DNA of 64,000 nt from Eubacterium sp. (GCA_022511265.1 JAFLRX010000008.1:6620-70619), one strand, 5' to 3'. Shown: positions 10,556 through 19,544, numbered from the stretch's first letter. Notes: a model not told the origin generated them from the sequence alone. Made by a program: numbers and translations.

Positions 10556-11719
10556 TTACTTGATTATTCTAACCGCGATAACATTATCCAGTGCCTTGAT
10601 CTTCTCGTCAACGCCGTCAGCGTCACCGGTCACGTCAAGCATGGTGTAGCTGTATTCCTTCTTTGCGGCGCTTGCCATATTCTCAATGTTGAGACCGCTG
10701 TCGGTCGCGCAGCCGGTTACCTTGGTAAGAACGCCCTCAACATTCTTATGGATAACGCATATCTTCGCGTCGCCGGTCTTTGCGAGGGTCAAGTCAGGGA
10801 GATTTACGCTGTTTACGATATCTCCTCTTTCAAGATAATTAACTATCTCATGAACTGCCATGATAGCGCAGTTGTCCTCACTCTCGGGAGTGGACGCACC
10901 GAGATGCGGGATAGCTATCACACCGGGTACGCCGATAACGTCATCACTCGGGAAGTCGGTAACATACGCAGCGATCTTGCCTGTGCCGAGTGCCTCGATA
11001 ACAGCCTTCTCGTCTGCCAGTCCGCCTCTTGCGAAGTTAAGGATACGCACGCCGTCCTTCATGGTCGCTATCGTGTCAGCGTTTACCAGATTCTTAGTGT
11101 CCGGCAGCAGCGGAACGTGCAGTGTGATGTAGTCGCAGTTCTCGAATATCTCCTTGTTGGAGGAAACGTACTTAATGTTGGTGGAAAGGTGCAGCGCACC
11201 CTCCAGCGACAGGAACGGGTCAGCGCCCCATACCTCCATGCCGAGGTCGTTTGCCGCGTTAGCAACCAGCGCGCCGATTGCGCCCAGACCGATAACACCG
11301 AGCTTTTTGCCCTTTATCTCAGGACCTGCGAACTGTCCCTTGCCTTTTTCAACCAGCTTGCCTACCTCGTCACCCTTGCCCTTGAGGGTCTTTGCCCAGT
11401 CAACGGCGTCGGTGACCTTACGGCTGCTCATCAGCATGCCCATGATAACCAGCTCTTTAACGGCGTTTGCGTTAGCGCCGGGGGTGTTGAACACCGCGAT
11501 ACCCTTTTCGGCGCAAGCCTCTACAGGGATATTGTTTACACCCGCGCCTGCGCGTGCGATAGCCAGCAGATTGCTGCCGAACTCAACCTCATGCAACGAC
11601 GCCGAGCGCACCAGTATTGCGTCGGGGTTTTCCTCATTGTCGCCGAAAACGTACTTGCTCTTGTCAAACAGGTCGGTACCGCATGCGGCGATCTTGTTCA
11701 TTGTCTGTATTTTATACAT
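10556..11719 (-). CDS. serA: D-3-phosphoglycerate dehydrogenase with ACT domain
   Basis: IARAGAGVNNIP, NTPGANANAVKE, GVIGLGAIG, ITLHVP, LNFARG, PHLGAST; start placed at MYKIQ (RBS AGAGGA); follows serC. Confidence 0.95.
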   Translation of the reverse strand: MYKIQTMNKIAACGTDLFDKSKYVFGDNEENPDAILVRSASLHEVEFGSNLLAIARAGAGVNNIPVEACAEKGIAVFNTPGANANAVKELVIMGMLMSSRKVTDAVDWAKTLKGKGDEVGKLVEKGKGQFAGPEIKGKKLGVIGLGAIGALVANAANDLGMEVWGADPFLSLEGALHLSTNIKYVSSNKEIFENCDYITLHVPLLPDTKNLVNADTIATMKDGVRILNFARGGLADEKAVIEALGTGKIAAYVTDFPSDDVIGVPGVIAIPHLGASTPESEDNCAIMAVHEIVNYLERGDIVNSVNLPDLTLAKTGDAKICVIHKNVEGVLTKVTGCATDSGLNIENMASAAKKEYSYTMLDVTGDADGVDEKIKALDNVIAVRIIK

Positions 11720-11732
11720 ATATAATCCTCTC

Positions 11733-12812
11733 TTATGCGTTTTCCTCTTCAAACTTCTTCATGAACTCTACCAGCTTTTCAACGCCCTCAATAGGCATTG
11801 CGTTGTAGATAGACGCTCTCATACCGCCGACAGATCTGTGACCCTTGAGGTTCTCAAATCCCGCAGCCTTAGCCTCTTTTACAAACTTAGCGTCCAGCTC
11901 GTCGTTACCGGTGATAAAGGGTACGTTCATCAGCGAGCGATCCTTAGCCTCGACAGTGCCCTTGAACAGCTTAGACTGATCAAGATAATCGTAGAGTATC
12001 TTAGCCTTCTTCTCATTGTGAGCCTTCATAGCCTCAAGGCCGCCCATCTTCTTTATCCACTTGAACACCTTACCGCAGATGTAGATGCCGTATGCGGGCG
12101 GGGTGTTGTACAGCGACTTGTTGTCAGCGTGTATTTTATACTTCAGCATGGTGGGTGTGCCGGGCAGAGTATCCTCGGTGATGAGGTCCTCACGGATAAT
12201 TACGATAACCACACCTGCGGGGCCGATATTCTTCTGTACGCCGCCGTAGATGACGCCGTACTTGGTCACGTCCACCGGCTCGGAAAGGAAGCAGGAGGAA
12301 ACGTCAGCGACCAGCGTCTTGCCCTTGGTATTGGGCAGCTCTTTGAACTTGGTACCGTAGATGGTGTTGTTCTCGCAGATATATACATAATCAGCGTCCT
12401 CGGGGATGTCGAGGTCAGAGCAATCGGGTATGTAGGAGAAGGTCTTGTCTGCGGAAGATGCAACCGCTACAGCCTCGCCGTAGTTCTGCGCCTCCTGATA
12501 TGCCTTCTTTGCCCACTGACCGGTAACGATGTAGGCAGCCTTCTTGTTCTTCATCAGGTTCATCGGAACAGCGGCGAACTGCTGGGACGCACCGCCCTGT
12601 AAGAACAGTACCTTGTAGTTGTCGGGTATGTTCATCAGGTCTCTCAGGTCCTGCTCTGCCGTGTTGATTATTTCCTCAAAAGCCTTTGAACGGTGTGACA
12701 TCTCCATTACGGACATACCTGTGCCGTTGTAGTCAAGCATTTCCTCTGCGGCCTCTTTAAGCACTTCTTCGGGAAGTACCGCGGGGCCTGCGCTGAAGTT
12801 GTAAACTCTCAT
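11733..12812 (-). CDS. serC: phosphoserine aminotransferase
   Basis: YNFSAGPAVLP, MEMSHRS, QGGASQQF, QKNIGPAG, YNTPP, GHRSVGGMRASIYNAM. Confidence 0.98.
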   Translation of the reverse strand: MRVYNFSAGPAVLPEEVLKEAAEEMLDYNGTGMSVMEMSHRSKAFEEIINTAEQDLRDLMNIPDNYKVLFLQGGASQQFAAVPMNLMKNKKAAYIVTGQWAKKAYQEAQNYGEAVAVASSADKTFSYIPDCSDLDIPEDADYVYICENNTIYGTKFKELPNTKGKTLVADVSSCFLSEPVDVTKYGVIYGGVQKNIGPAGVVIVIIREDLITEDTLPGTPTMLKYKIHADNKSLYNTPPAYGIYICGKVFKWIKKMGGLEAMKAHNEKKAKILYDYLDQSKLFKGTVEAKDRSLMNVPFITGNDELDAKFVKEAKAAGFENLKGHRSVGGMRASIYNAMPIEGVEKLVEFMKKFEEENA

Positions 12813-12989
12813 TTGTTTTGCCTCCGTATTTCTTTTTTATTCCAACGGGGGTATCCCGTGGGACTTTCACATACAATATTTATTATACTATCATTTCCCG
12901 CTTTTGTCAATCGTTTTTTATTAAGGTTTATTCAAATTATTTGTATCTGCTGTACAAAAAACCTCATTATATTTTGTAAATATTACCAC

Positions 12990-13018
12990 TTGATTTACCG
13001 CTGTATCAATGCTATAAT
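12990..13018 (+). promoter_or_regulatory. sigma-A promoter of the APH-family gene
   Basis: TTGATT-17 nt-TATAAT. Confidence 0.75.
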
Positions 13019-13031
13019 GTAATCGTTTACA
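13018..13031. promoter_or_regulatory. LacI-family / cre-like operator
   Basis: TGTAATCGTTTACA matches TGWAANCGNTNWCA and overlaps the predicted transcription start. Confidence 0.6.
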
Positions 13032-13074
13032 CGCTTTTTACAAAAGAAAATATCAATTAAAACGAGGTGAAAAT

Positions 13075-14061
13075 ATGAGTGATATCATAAACTCGGCAAC
13101 CAAATTCCGTCCCACTGAGCAAATGCTGAGAGAAATGACTGTACGCGCTTTAAACTGCGATTTTACGGATTTTTTCTGCAAAGAGCTTGCGGGCGGCTTA
13201 TGCAATGCCGTCTATCTTGTCCAAACCGAAAAGGGCAAGCTGGTTCTGAAAGTTGCGTCGCCGAAAGATGTTATTGTTATGCGGCACGAGCGCGATTATG
13301 TCGCGAACGAGGCTAAAATGCTGAAGCTGTTCGGCGAAAAGCTCGATATACCCGCTCCAAAGCTGATATACTTTGATGACAGCGAGACAGTATGCCCCGT
13401 GCCGTATTTCTTTATGAGCTTTATAGACGGTGTCCCGATGAACAATGTAAATCCCTACCCTTCTGAGCAAGAATTTAACGCTGTTAAATTCCGCGTGGGG
13501 GAGATTTGCAGGGAGATAAGCTCGCTAAAGGCCGAAAAATTCGGTATCCCCGCTATGCCGGAGACATATACCGACAGCAATTATGAATTTATGTATACTC
13601 TTTTTAAGCTGCTTTTTCTGGATATTTCGGACAAAAATATGACTGTACCCGAGGTGCAGGAACAGGAAATTATGAGCATGCTGGAAAAGTGCGCGGCACC
13701 GCTGGACGAGGTAAAACAGCCTGTACATATCCACACCGACACATGGGACGGAAACCTTATGATAAAAGGCGGCAGGCTGGAGGGCATTATCGACTACGCC
13801 GCCGTACTGTACGGTGACCCGTTGATGAACCATGATTTTCACGACTTCAGTCCCGTACCCAACCGACATTTTTGCCGCGGCTTCGGCAAGGAGACATTCG
13901 CCGCCGAAGAAGAGCTGCGGATGGCGGTCTACTGTATATGGCATCGGCTGGGAATAATTGCGGAGGTCGGATTCCGCAATTACGATGACCCGAATATGTA
14001 TTCATGGGTATTTGATGAATACAAAAAATCTGTCAATAAATTAAGAGATATGCTGGGGTGA
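13075..14061 (+). CDS. APH / choline-kinase-like phosphotransferase family protein
   Basis: GGLCNAVY, LVLKV, FFMSFIDG, HTDTWDGNLM, IIDY...GDP. Confidence 0.85.
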   Translation: MSDIINSATKFRPTEQMLREMTVRALNCDFTDFFCKELAGGLCNAVYLVQTEKGKLVLKVASPKDVIVMRHERDYVANEAKMLKLFGEKLDIPAPKLIYFDDSETVCPVPYFFMSFIDGVPMNNVNPYPSEQEFNAVKFRVGEICREISSLKAEKFGIPAMPETYTDSNYEFMYTLFKLLFLDISDKNMTVPEVQEQEIMSMLEKCAAPLDEVKQPVHIHTDTWDGNLMIKGGRLEGIIDYAAVLYGDPLMNHDFHDFSPVPNRHFCRGFGKETFAAEEELRMAVYCIWHRLGIIAEVGFRNYDDPNMYSWVFDEYKKSVNKLRDMLG

Positions 14062-14074
14062 ATATACAGCAAAT

Positions 14075-14102
14075 AAAAAGGGTCTGTTTTCAGACCCTTT
14101 TT
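14075..14102. terminator. bidirectional terminator
   Basis: AAAAAGGGTCTG...CAGACCCTTTTT. Confidence 0.8.
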
Positions 14103-14105
14103 ATA

Positions 14106-15725
14106 TTACTTTTTCTTGTTTTTAAGATACTCCCTATACGATATCCCGAACCTGTCAAAAATATCCCTCGCGTTGCGCCTGTCGTCCGGCATTTTTCTGA
14201 CGATACGATAGGTCGGGTGACCGTTTTCATCACACTCGGCGACTATGCTGTCCATGCGGCTGGCAGGTTCTTCCGAGTTTATCTCATCCTTTTTCATCGC
14301 TATTTCGCGGATGTGGGTGGTGTATATCAGCCGCACGCCCATATCGGCGAAAATCTTCATCAGCTCCTCGGCTATCACTAGATTTTCCCCCGGCGTGGTG
14401 CTGGAAAGGCTCTCGTTCATCAGCACCATACAGCTGTCGTCCGCCTGCTTTACCGTATCGGCGAACTCCTTGCACTCCTCGGTAAAGCGGCTGGCATTTA
14501 CCCCCATCTCCTCCTCTTTCGGAAAATGCACGAATACGTTGTCCGCCGGCGATATCTCCGCGCTGCTGCCCGCCACACACAGTCCGCACTGCGCCAGCAC
14601 CAGATTTATCCCCGCCGCCCTTGTAAAGGTGGTCTTGCCGCCGTTGTTAGGTCCTGTCAGGATAAGAATACGTGCGCTGTCATCCAGCACGCAATCATTG
14701 ACGGTAATGTTCGCCGATACCCTGCCCGAACCGTAAACATCACGGTACATCTTATTCGCAAAGGCAATATCGTACATATCCTTTACCGTGAACGTACGGC
14801 TGTCCCTGTCCTTTATCATAGGGCGGCAGACAGGCAGCTTCATCTGCCGCATACGGCTTATCAGATTTGCCGCTCCTATGTAAAAGTTTATCTGCGGCTC
14901 CAGCTTCAGCAGAAAATCTATATTGGTATCAAAGTAAGACTTCATCGAGGTGTTAAAGTGCCGGAGATAATCCCCCGACAGCGCGTCTATCTCCGCAAAC
15001 AGCCGCTGATTTATATCCGACAATGCGCCGTCCTTGGTCTTTCGGGCGTAGATATTTGATACCGGCTCAACCACATTCTCCTTGGAAAACAGCCGCTCGA
15101 ACAGCCCCTTCTCACGGAACTGCTCGGTGCCGACCGACAGCAGCGCTACCTCTGACGGACGCATCAGCTCGTCAAAATTTATCCCGAATGTGGCGCTTTT
15201 TATACCGTTGCCCATTACCCGTTTCAACTCGGCGACCTCTTTCACTGTGTCCTTATAATCGTCGGAATTGTATTTGTCCTCCAGCGCGGTCGCCACCCCG
15301 CGCACGCCCTCGCTTTTCAGTCGGTCATAGCATTTTTCATAAAAGCCGTGGCATATCTCCATACACTCGATAAACGCACCGAGATGCTCCAGATTTTCGT
15401 TTATCTCAAAAAATGACTGAGTGGAACCGACACGCGCGTACACCGACTTTGCGTTGTTGTAGATAATGTGAAGGCTTTTGAACAGCACACCCTCAAGCTC
15501 CGGTACGTTGATAAAATCCTCCAGCACATCCTGCCGATAGCTTATCACGGCAGGGTCGGTGTTCAGCTGTGAAAGTATCTTCAGCGCATACTCGGTATGG
15601 TGCGGGCAAAGCGCGCCCGCGATATATTCCAGCTTCAGGTTTTGTACCGCCGCCTGAGGAAGTACTGTCTCTCTTTGCTTTCTGTAATTTTTCGGGTAAA
15701 GCAGATCGGGTGCCTTGCCGCTCAT
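14106..15725 (-). CDS. MutS-related ATPase (domain V plus helical N-terminus, no mismatch-binding domain)
   Basis: LTGPNNGGKTTF (Walker A), VFVHFPKEE, SRFTEEC, LMNESLSST, YTTH. Confidence 0.85.
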   Translation of the reverse strand: MSGKAPDLLYPKNYRKQRETVLPQAAVQNLKLEYIAGALCPHHTEYALKILSQLNTDPAVISYRQDVLEDFINVPELEGVLFKSLHIIYNNAKSVYARVGSTQSFFEINENLEHLGAFIECMEICHGFYEKCYDRLKSEGVRGVATALEDKYNSDDYKDTVKEVAELKRVMGNGIKSATFGINFDELMRPSEVALLSVGTEQFREKGLFERLFSKENVVEPVSNIYARKTKDGALSDINQRLFAEIDALSGDYLRHFNTSMKSYFDTNIDFLLKLEPQINFYIGAANLISRMRQMKLPVCRPMIKDRDSRTFTVKDMYDIAFANKMYRDVYGSGRVSANITVNDCVLDDSARILILTGPNNGGKTTFTRAAGINLVLAQCGLCVAGSSAEISPADNVFVHFPKEEEMGVNASRFTEECKEFADTVKQADDSCMVLMNESLSSTTPGENLVIAEELMKIFADMGVRLIYTTHIREIAMKKDEINSEEPASRMDSIVAECDENGHPTYRIVRKMPDDRRNARDIFDRFGISYREYLKNKKK

Positions 15726-15780
15726 ATCACATCATCCTTTCAAATATACGACTGCTGCCGTTAATGTGTCGTGCTTCTGT

Positions 15781-15951
15781 TTATATAAACGTAAAATGCT
15801 TGAAAATATTACAAAACCTATCTTCGCTCTGTCCGAGGCTAAGCAAGCATTTTTTTGCTGCCTTTAGCATTTGTCCTTTATCCGGACGGTGGCGCGGTGA
15901 GGATAAGCAGCCGCCCGAGAAAGGTATATTATATAGGGAAACACATATCAT
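15781..15951 (-). CDS. candidate 56-aa leader peptide upstream of the MutS-like gene
   Basis: AGGGAGG SD 5 nt before ATG; MICVSLYNIPFSGGCLSSPRHRPDKGQMLKAAKKCLLSLGQSEDRFCNIFKHFTFI*; no recognised homology. Confidence 0.35.
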   Translation of the reverse strand: MICVSLYNIPFSGGCLSSPRHRPDKGQMLKAAKKCLLSLGQSEDRFCNIFKHFTFI

Positions 15952-16010
15952 TTTTGCCTCCCTATATACAAAGACGTAATTCGCCCCGAAATATTACAGC
16001 TTTTTTACAG

Positions 16011-16040
16011 AAAAACAGGCAGACCGTCGGTCTGCCTGTT
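16011..16040 (-). terminator. terminator of the GGDEF gene
   Basis: AACAGGCAGACC-gtc-GGTCTGCCTGTT with A-run on the + strand side. Confidence 0.8.
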
Positions 16041-16068
16041 AGTCATATGATTCAATTTGCTAAACGGC

Positions 16069-18003
16069 TTAATTGCCGTACCTGCTTCTTGCTCTTTTGT
16101 GCATTTCTTTATCCGTATACATTTTCGCGTCGGCTGCGTTGATGTAGTAATCAATATTCTTATCCTGCTCGGCAGGGACAAGGCACCAGCCTATGCTGGC
16201 GTTGACATTGTACGGCTTGCCGGAGGTAAGGTTATAGCTGCTTATTTTATTCTTTATCTCTTCCACACGGTCGTTCAGCGCCTCGTCGTCGGTACAGCTG
16301 CCGTATATCACAAACTCGTCTCCGCCGAAGCGCGCGCATATGCCCGTCTCACCGAAAACCGCCTTCATCGCGTCGGATATAACGGTTATCGCGTTGTCGC
16401 CCTCTTTATGTCCGTAGTTGTCGTTTATCAGCTTGAGGTTGTCAAGGTCCATCGAAATAACAGCCTTGTTGCCCGTAACATTTTGCGAATACTCTTTATA
16501 CAGGCGGAAAAATCCGCGGCGGTTGTACAGCCCGGTCAGCGAGTCTGTTATATACAGCTCATCCACCTTTTTGGCGTATGCGTACAGCTCGCTCTGCCGT
16601 CTCACCGACTCCAGCACGTTGGCGATACCTATTGCCACCACATTCATAAGATAGGTAAGATTGCTCCACGGGAAAAAGTCAATAACGATATATCCTATGC
16701 TGACGTCTCTGAAATGCAGCGGCGAATACAAGACGCACTTTGCCTCGTCCGCACTCTCGTAAAAGTTCGGCAGCATCTGCGCGGTATCAAAGGCGGTGCC
16801 CTTTTCCAGCTTGTGGTCGCGTATGATTATCGGGCACTGCATCTTCGGGCTGAAGCAGCCGCGGTGCAGCTTGTCATCGTTCGCGCCGGTCGCGTCGTCC
16901 GCGCTTTTTATATTATCAATCTCTATATTTTGCAGAAAATCATCGCACAGGCATATCCATAGATATTTCGCCCATATTTTCAGTGCGGCGTTGCCGATGC
17001 TCTCCATTGCCTTTTCAAAGCTGGAACTGTTGTTTATTTCCTGATTCAGCCGCAGCGCCGTCTGTGTGTGCCTTGTCGCGTCAAAAATATCATTGTATAA
17101 CGCGTGTCGCTTTCCTACGCTCATATTCGTCTTATCCGGAGAACAGCCGCAGGAGCAGCCGAACCTGATGCCCGGATCGACATAAGCGGGGTTGTCTACC
17201 TCTTTGCCGTTGAGTATATCATTCATTACGGTTGCGGCAAAATGTCCCGTATCCTCTCCCATCAGACGTACCGTAGTGATGTACTCTTCCGCCTCGGGTA
17301 TGCAGTCCATACCCGAAACCAGCACGTCCTCCGGCACTTTATATCCCAGCTCTGACAGGCGGGAGATAACCGTCAGCGCCATAACGTCGTTTGCACAGAC
17401 TATCGCCTCCGGCAGCGGCTTTCCGTCGCTCAGCATATCATTAACCGCCTTAATGGTAGGCATATCCCAAAAGTCGCCGTAATACACCCGACCGGGGTCA
17501 TAGCCCAGCCCGCTTTTCTCCATCGCGCGCTTGTATCCTGCCAGCCGCGCCTCGGCGACCGGATGTCCCTTTGTGCCTGAGATAAAGTTTATCTCGGTGC
17601 AGTTATGGTGATTTATAAAATGCTCGCAGATACGCTCTACCTGCGCGGTATAGTCGCACAGCACTGAATAGCAGCCCTCGTATTCCGCGCCTATCGTAAG
17701 CACCGGCACGCCCGCGTCTTTAGCGCTGTTTATTACCGAATCAATTATATCCTGAGAAGCGGAAAGGAAAAACGGCGCAACTATCAGCGCGTCCAGCAGC
17801 TCATAATTCGGCAGCGTGAATATCGACGCCTGTCCTATATCGTGAGGCTCTCCGGAATAATCAAGCGAATATCCGTTAAAAATATGTACGTTTATATCAA
17901 AATAATTCAGGTCGGCGCAAAGTCCTCCTAACAGCCCTTTGGCAGCCTGAAGGTCGCCTACACATATCGCGACGTTGAATTTTCTGTTGATCCCGTCAGA
18001 CAT
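16069..18003 (-). CDS. diguanylate cyclase: LacI-type sugar-binding (PBP-like) domain + GGDEF
   Basis: INFISG, RLAGYKRA, GDFW, PEAIVCANDVMA, VSGMD, SCGC; DSLTGLYNRRGF, DNLKLINDNYGHKEGD, RFGGDEF. Confidence 0.9.
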   Translation of the reverse strand: MSDGINRKFNVAICVGDLQAAKGLLGGLCADLNYFDINVHIFNGYSLDYSGEPHDIGQASIFTLPNYELLDALIVAPFFLSASQDIIDSVINSAKDAGVPVLTIGAEYEGCYSVLCDYTAQVERICEHFINHHNCTEINFISGTKGHPVAEARLAGYKRAMEKSGLGYDPGRVYYGDFWDMPTIKAVNDMLSDGKPLPEAIVCANDVMALTVISRLSELGYKVPEDVLVSGMDCIPEAEEYITTVRLMGEDTGHFAATVMNDILNGKEVDNPAYVDPGIRFGCSCGCSPDKTNMSVGKRHALYNDIFDATRHTQTALRLNQEINNSSSFEKAMESIGNAALKIWAKYLWICLCDDFLQNIEIDNIKSADDATGANDDKLHRGCFSPKMQCPIIIRDHKLEKGTAFDTAQMLPNFYESADEAKCVLYSPLHFRDVSIGYIVIDFFPWSNLTYLMNVVAIGIANVLESVRRQSELYAYAKKVDELYITDSLTGLYNRRGFFRLYKEYSQNVTGNKAVISMDLDNLKLINDNYGHKEGDNAITVISDAMKAVFGETGICARFGGDEFVIYGSCTDDEALNDRVEEIKNKISSYNLTSGKPYNVNASIGWCLVPAEQDKNIDYYINAADAKMYTDKEMHKRARSRYGN

Positions 18004-18257
18004 ACTTTGCCGCCTTTCCGAAAAAATTACAATATTATTTTACCATATATTACTTTAAAATGCAACATATATTTTCTACATATCAAAATAAATCTTTTAA
18101 CTGTAATATTCACTAAAAAAACTATTTTTTTCAGCCCGACGCGGGCAAAATACACAAAAAATTACATAAAATCTCAAATGTCCCGAACATTTAATTGACA
18201 CGACCGTCTTAATATTATATAATATTGTCGTTAAACTGGTGCATTAGGCACAAAACT

Positions 18258-18905
18258 ATGCAAGGAGGGATATTTACGGAACACTTCGGAGCGGAGCATT
18301 GGCTGTTCGTTTTTTCGGTCTACTGTATAATGGGCTGGATGCAAGAGTCCGCGATAGAGTCGCTTTATCACAAGCATCCTGTCAACCGCGGCTTTCTTAA
18401 AGGTCCGTATATCCCGATATACGGAATAGGCGGCATACTGCTGCTGTTTATCTGTATGCCGTTCAGAGACAATCCTTTCGCGGTGTTCGGCATCGCATTG
18501 TCAAGCTGTACGCTGCTGGAATATTTCGCAGGCTGGATGATGGAGACATTTTTCGGCAAGCAGTTCTGGGATTACAGCATGATGAAATTCACATATAAAA
18601 ACCGCATTTCACTGTTGTCCTCGCTGTTCTGGGGCGTTATGGGACTGTTTGTCACCTATATCGTCGCAGACGCTACGCAGTTCGCGGTAATGCATCTGCC
18701 AATGCAGCTTATCCGTGCGGTGGCGATACTGATACCGCTTGTAATGACGGTGGATTTATTTATCACCGCTAAAAAACAGATAGACACCGAGAGCATCGGC
18801 AGGACCTTCCGTCTTGCCAATATCGGCGCACATATAAATGTTATTTCACGGCTGAGAGGTCATTTCCATGACGACGGATATAACAACGGTGACGATGATG
18901 AATAA
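18258..18905 (+). CDS. putative ABC transporter permease (CmpB/TMEM229-like membrane protein)
   Basis: YCIMGWMQES, VNRGFLKGPYIPIYGIG, LEYFAGWMME, FWDYS...RISL; true start uncertain (see finding). Confidence 0.85.
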   Translation: MQGGIFTEHFGAEHWLFVFSVYCIMGWMQESAIESLYHKHPVNRGFLKGPYIPIYGIGGILLLFICMPFRDNPFAVFGIALSSCTLLEYFAGWMMETFFGKQFWDYSMMKFTYKNRISLLSSLFWGVMGLFVTYIVADATQFAVMHLPMQLIRAVAILIPLVMTVDLFITAKKQIDTESIGRTFRLANIGAHINVISRLRGHFHDDGYNNGDDDE

Positions 18906-19377
18906 TACACTTATCCTCAGCGATGATGATAAAAGATTTATAATTACCGCGCGCGAGCTGCTGGAGGACGACAGGGTGATGCTTATGCAGCACTTTACCC
19001 AACACGGCAACGTCTCCTGCTACGAGCATTGTCTTATGGTCGCGCTGTACAGTTATCTTTTCGCAAAGCATCTGAAGATAAAGATAAATGTCGAGGCGTT
19101 GGTACGGGGCGCGCTGCTACATGATTTCTTCCTGTACGACTGGCACGACACTGCGTTCACCCCTGACGGGCTGCACGGCTTTTCCCACCCCTACACCGCA
19201 CTGAAAAACGCCTGCCGTTTCTTTAATCTGACCGAGCGTGAAAAGAACATAATCTTCTGCCATATGTGGCCGCTTACTCCGCTCCAGATACCCGCCTATC
19301 CCGAGGCATGGCTGGTCTGCATGGCGGATAAATACTGCTCGCTGAAAGAAACGCTGTTCAAAGACCCGTATAAATAA
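18898..19377 (+). CDS. HD-domain phosphohydrolase
   Basis: QHGNVSCYEHC, LVRGALLHDFFLYDWH, HGFSHP, IIFCHMWPL, VCMADKYCS. Confidence 0.85.
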   Translation: MNNTLILSDDDKRFIITARELLEDDRVMLMQHFTQHGNVSCYEHCLMVALYSYLFAKHLKIKINVEALVRGALLHDFFLYDWHDTAFTPDGLHGFSHPYTALKNACRFFNLTEREKNIIFCHMWPLTPLQIPAYPEAWLVCMADKYCSLKETLFKDPYK

Positions 19378-19384
19378 TGTAATT

Positions 19385-19544
19385 ATTGAGGGAGACCTTT
19401 TGAGAAAGGGTCTCCCTCTAACTCTCTCCCGAAATCTTTTTAATATTATCCCACTGACGGGGTTTACCCCGTCAGTGGGATAATTAAAAGTCTTTGGAAA
19501 GGGGTACGGGGAAAACCTTTCCTCAGAAAGGTTTCCCCCGATAA
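19385..19544. repeat. composite three-hairpin intergenic element, copy 1 (REPIN/MITE-like)
   Basis: ATTGAGGGAG...CCCCGATAA ends and internal blocks shared with 55851-56015; 18-bp perfect central stem 19445-19484. Confidence 0.85.

Noticed and set aside
10547-12602. Long + strand ORFs (392 aa and 482 aa) opposite serA/serC
   Set aside because: Antisense shadows of well-conserved genes, produced by biased codon usage; no motifs or RBS.
12813-12900. Possible T-box or riboswitch upstream of serC
   Set aside because: The leader is short, with no T-box motif or terminator/antiterminator; only a weak 5-bp stem.
13075-14061. Possible aminoglycoside resistance gene
   Set aside because: Only the general APH/choline-kinase fold motifs are present; no mobile context; the operator suggests a metabolic role.
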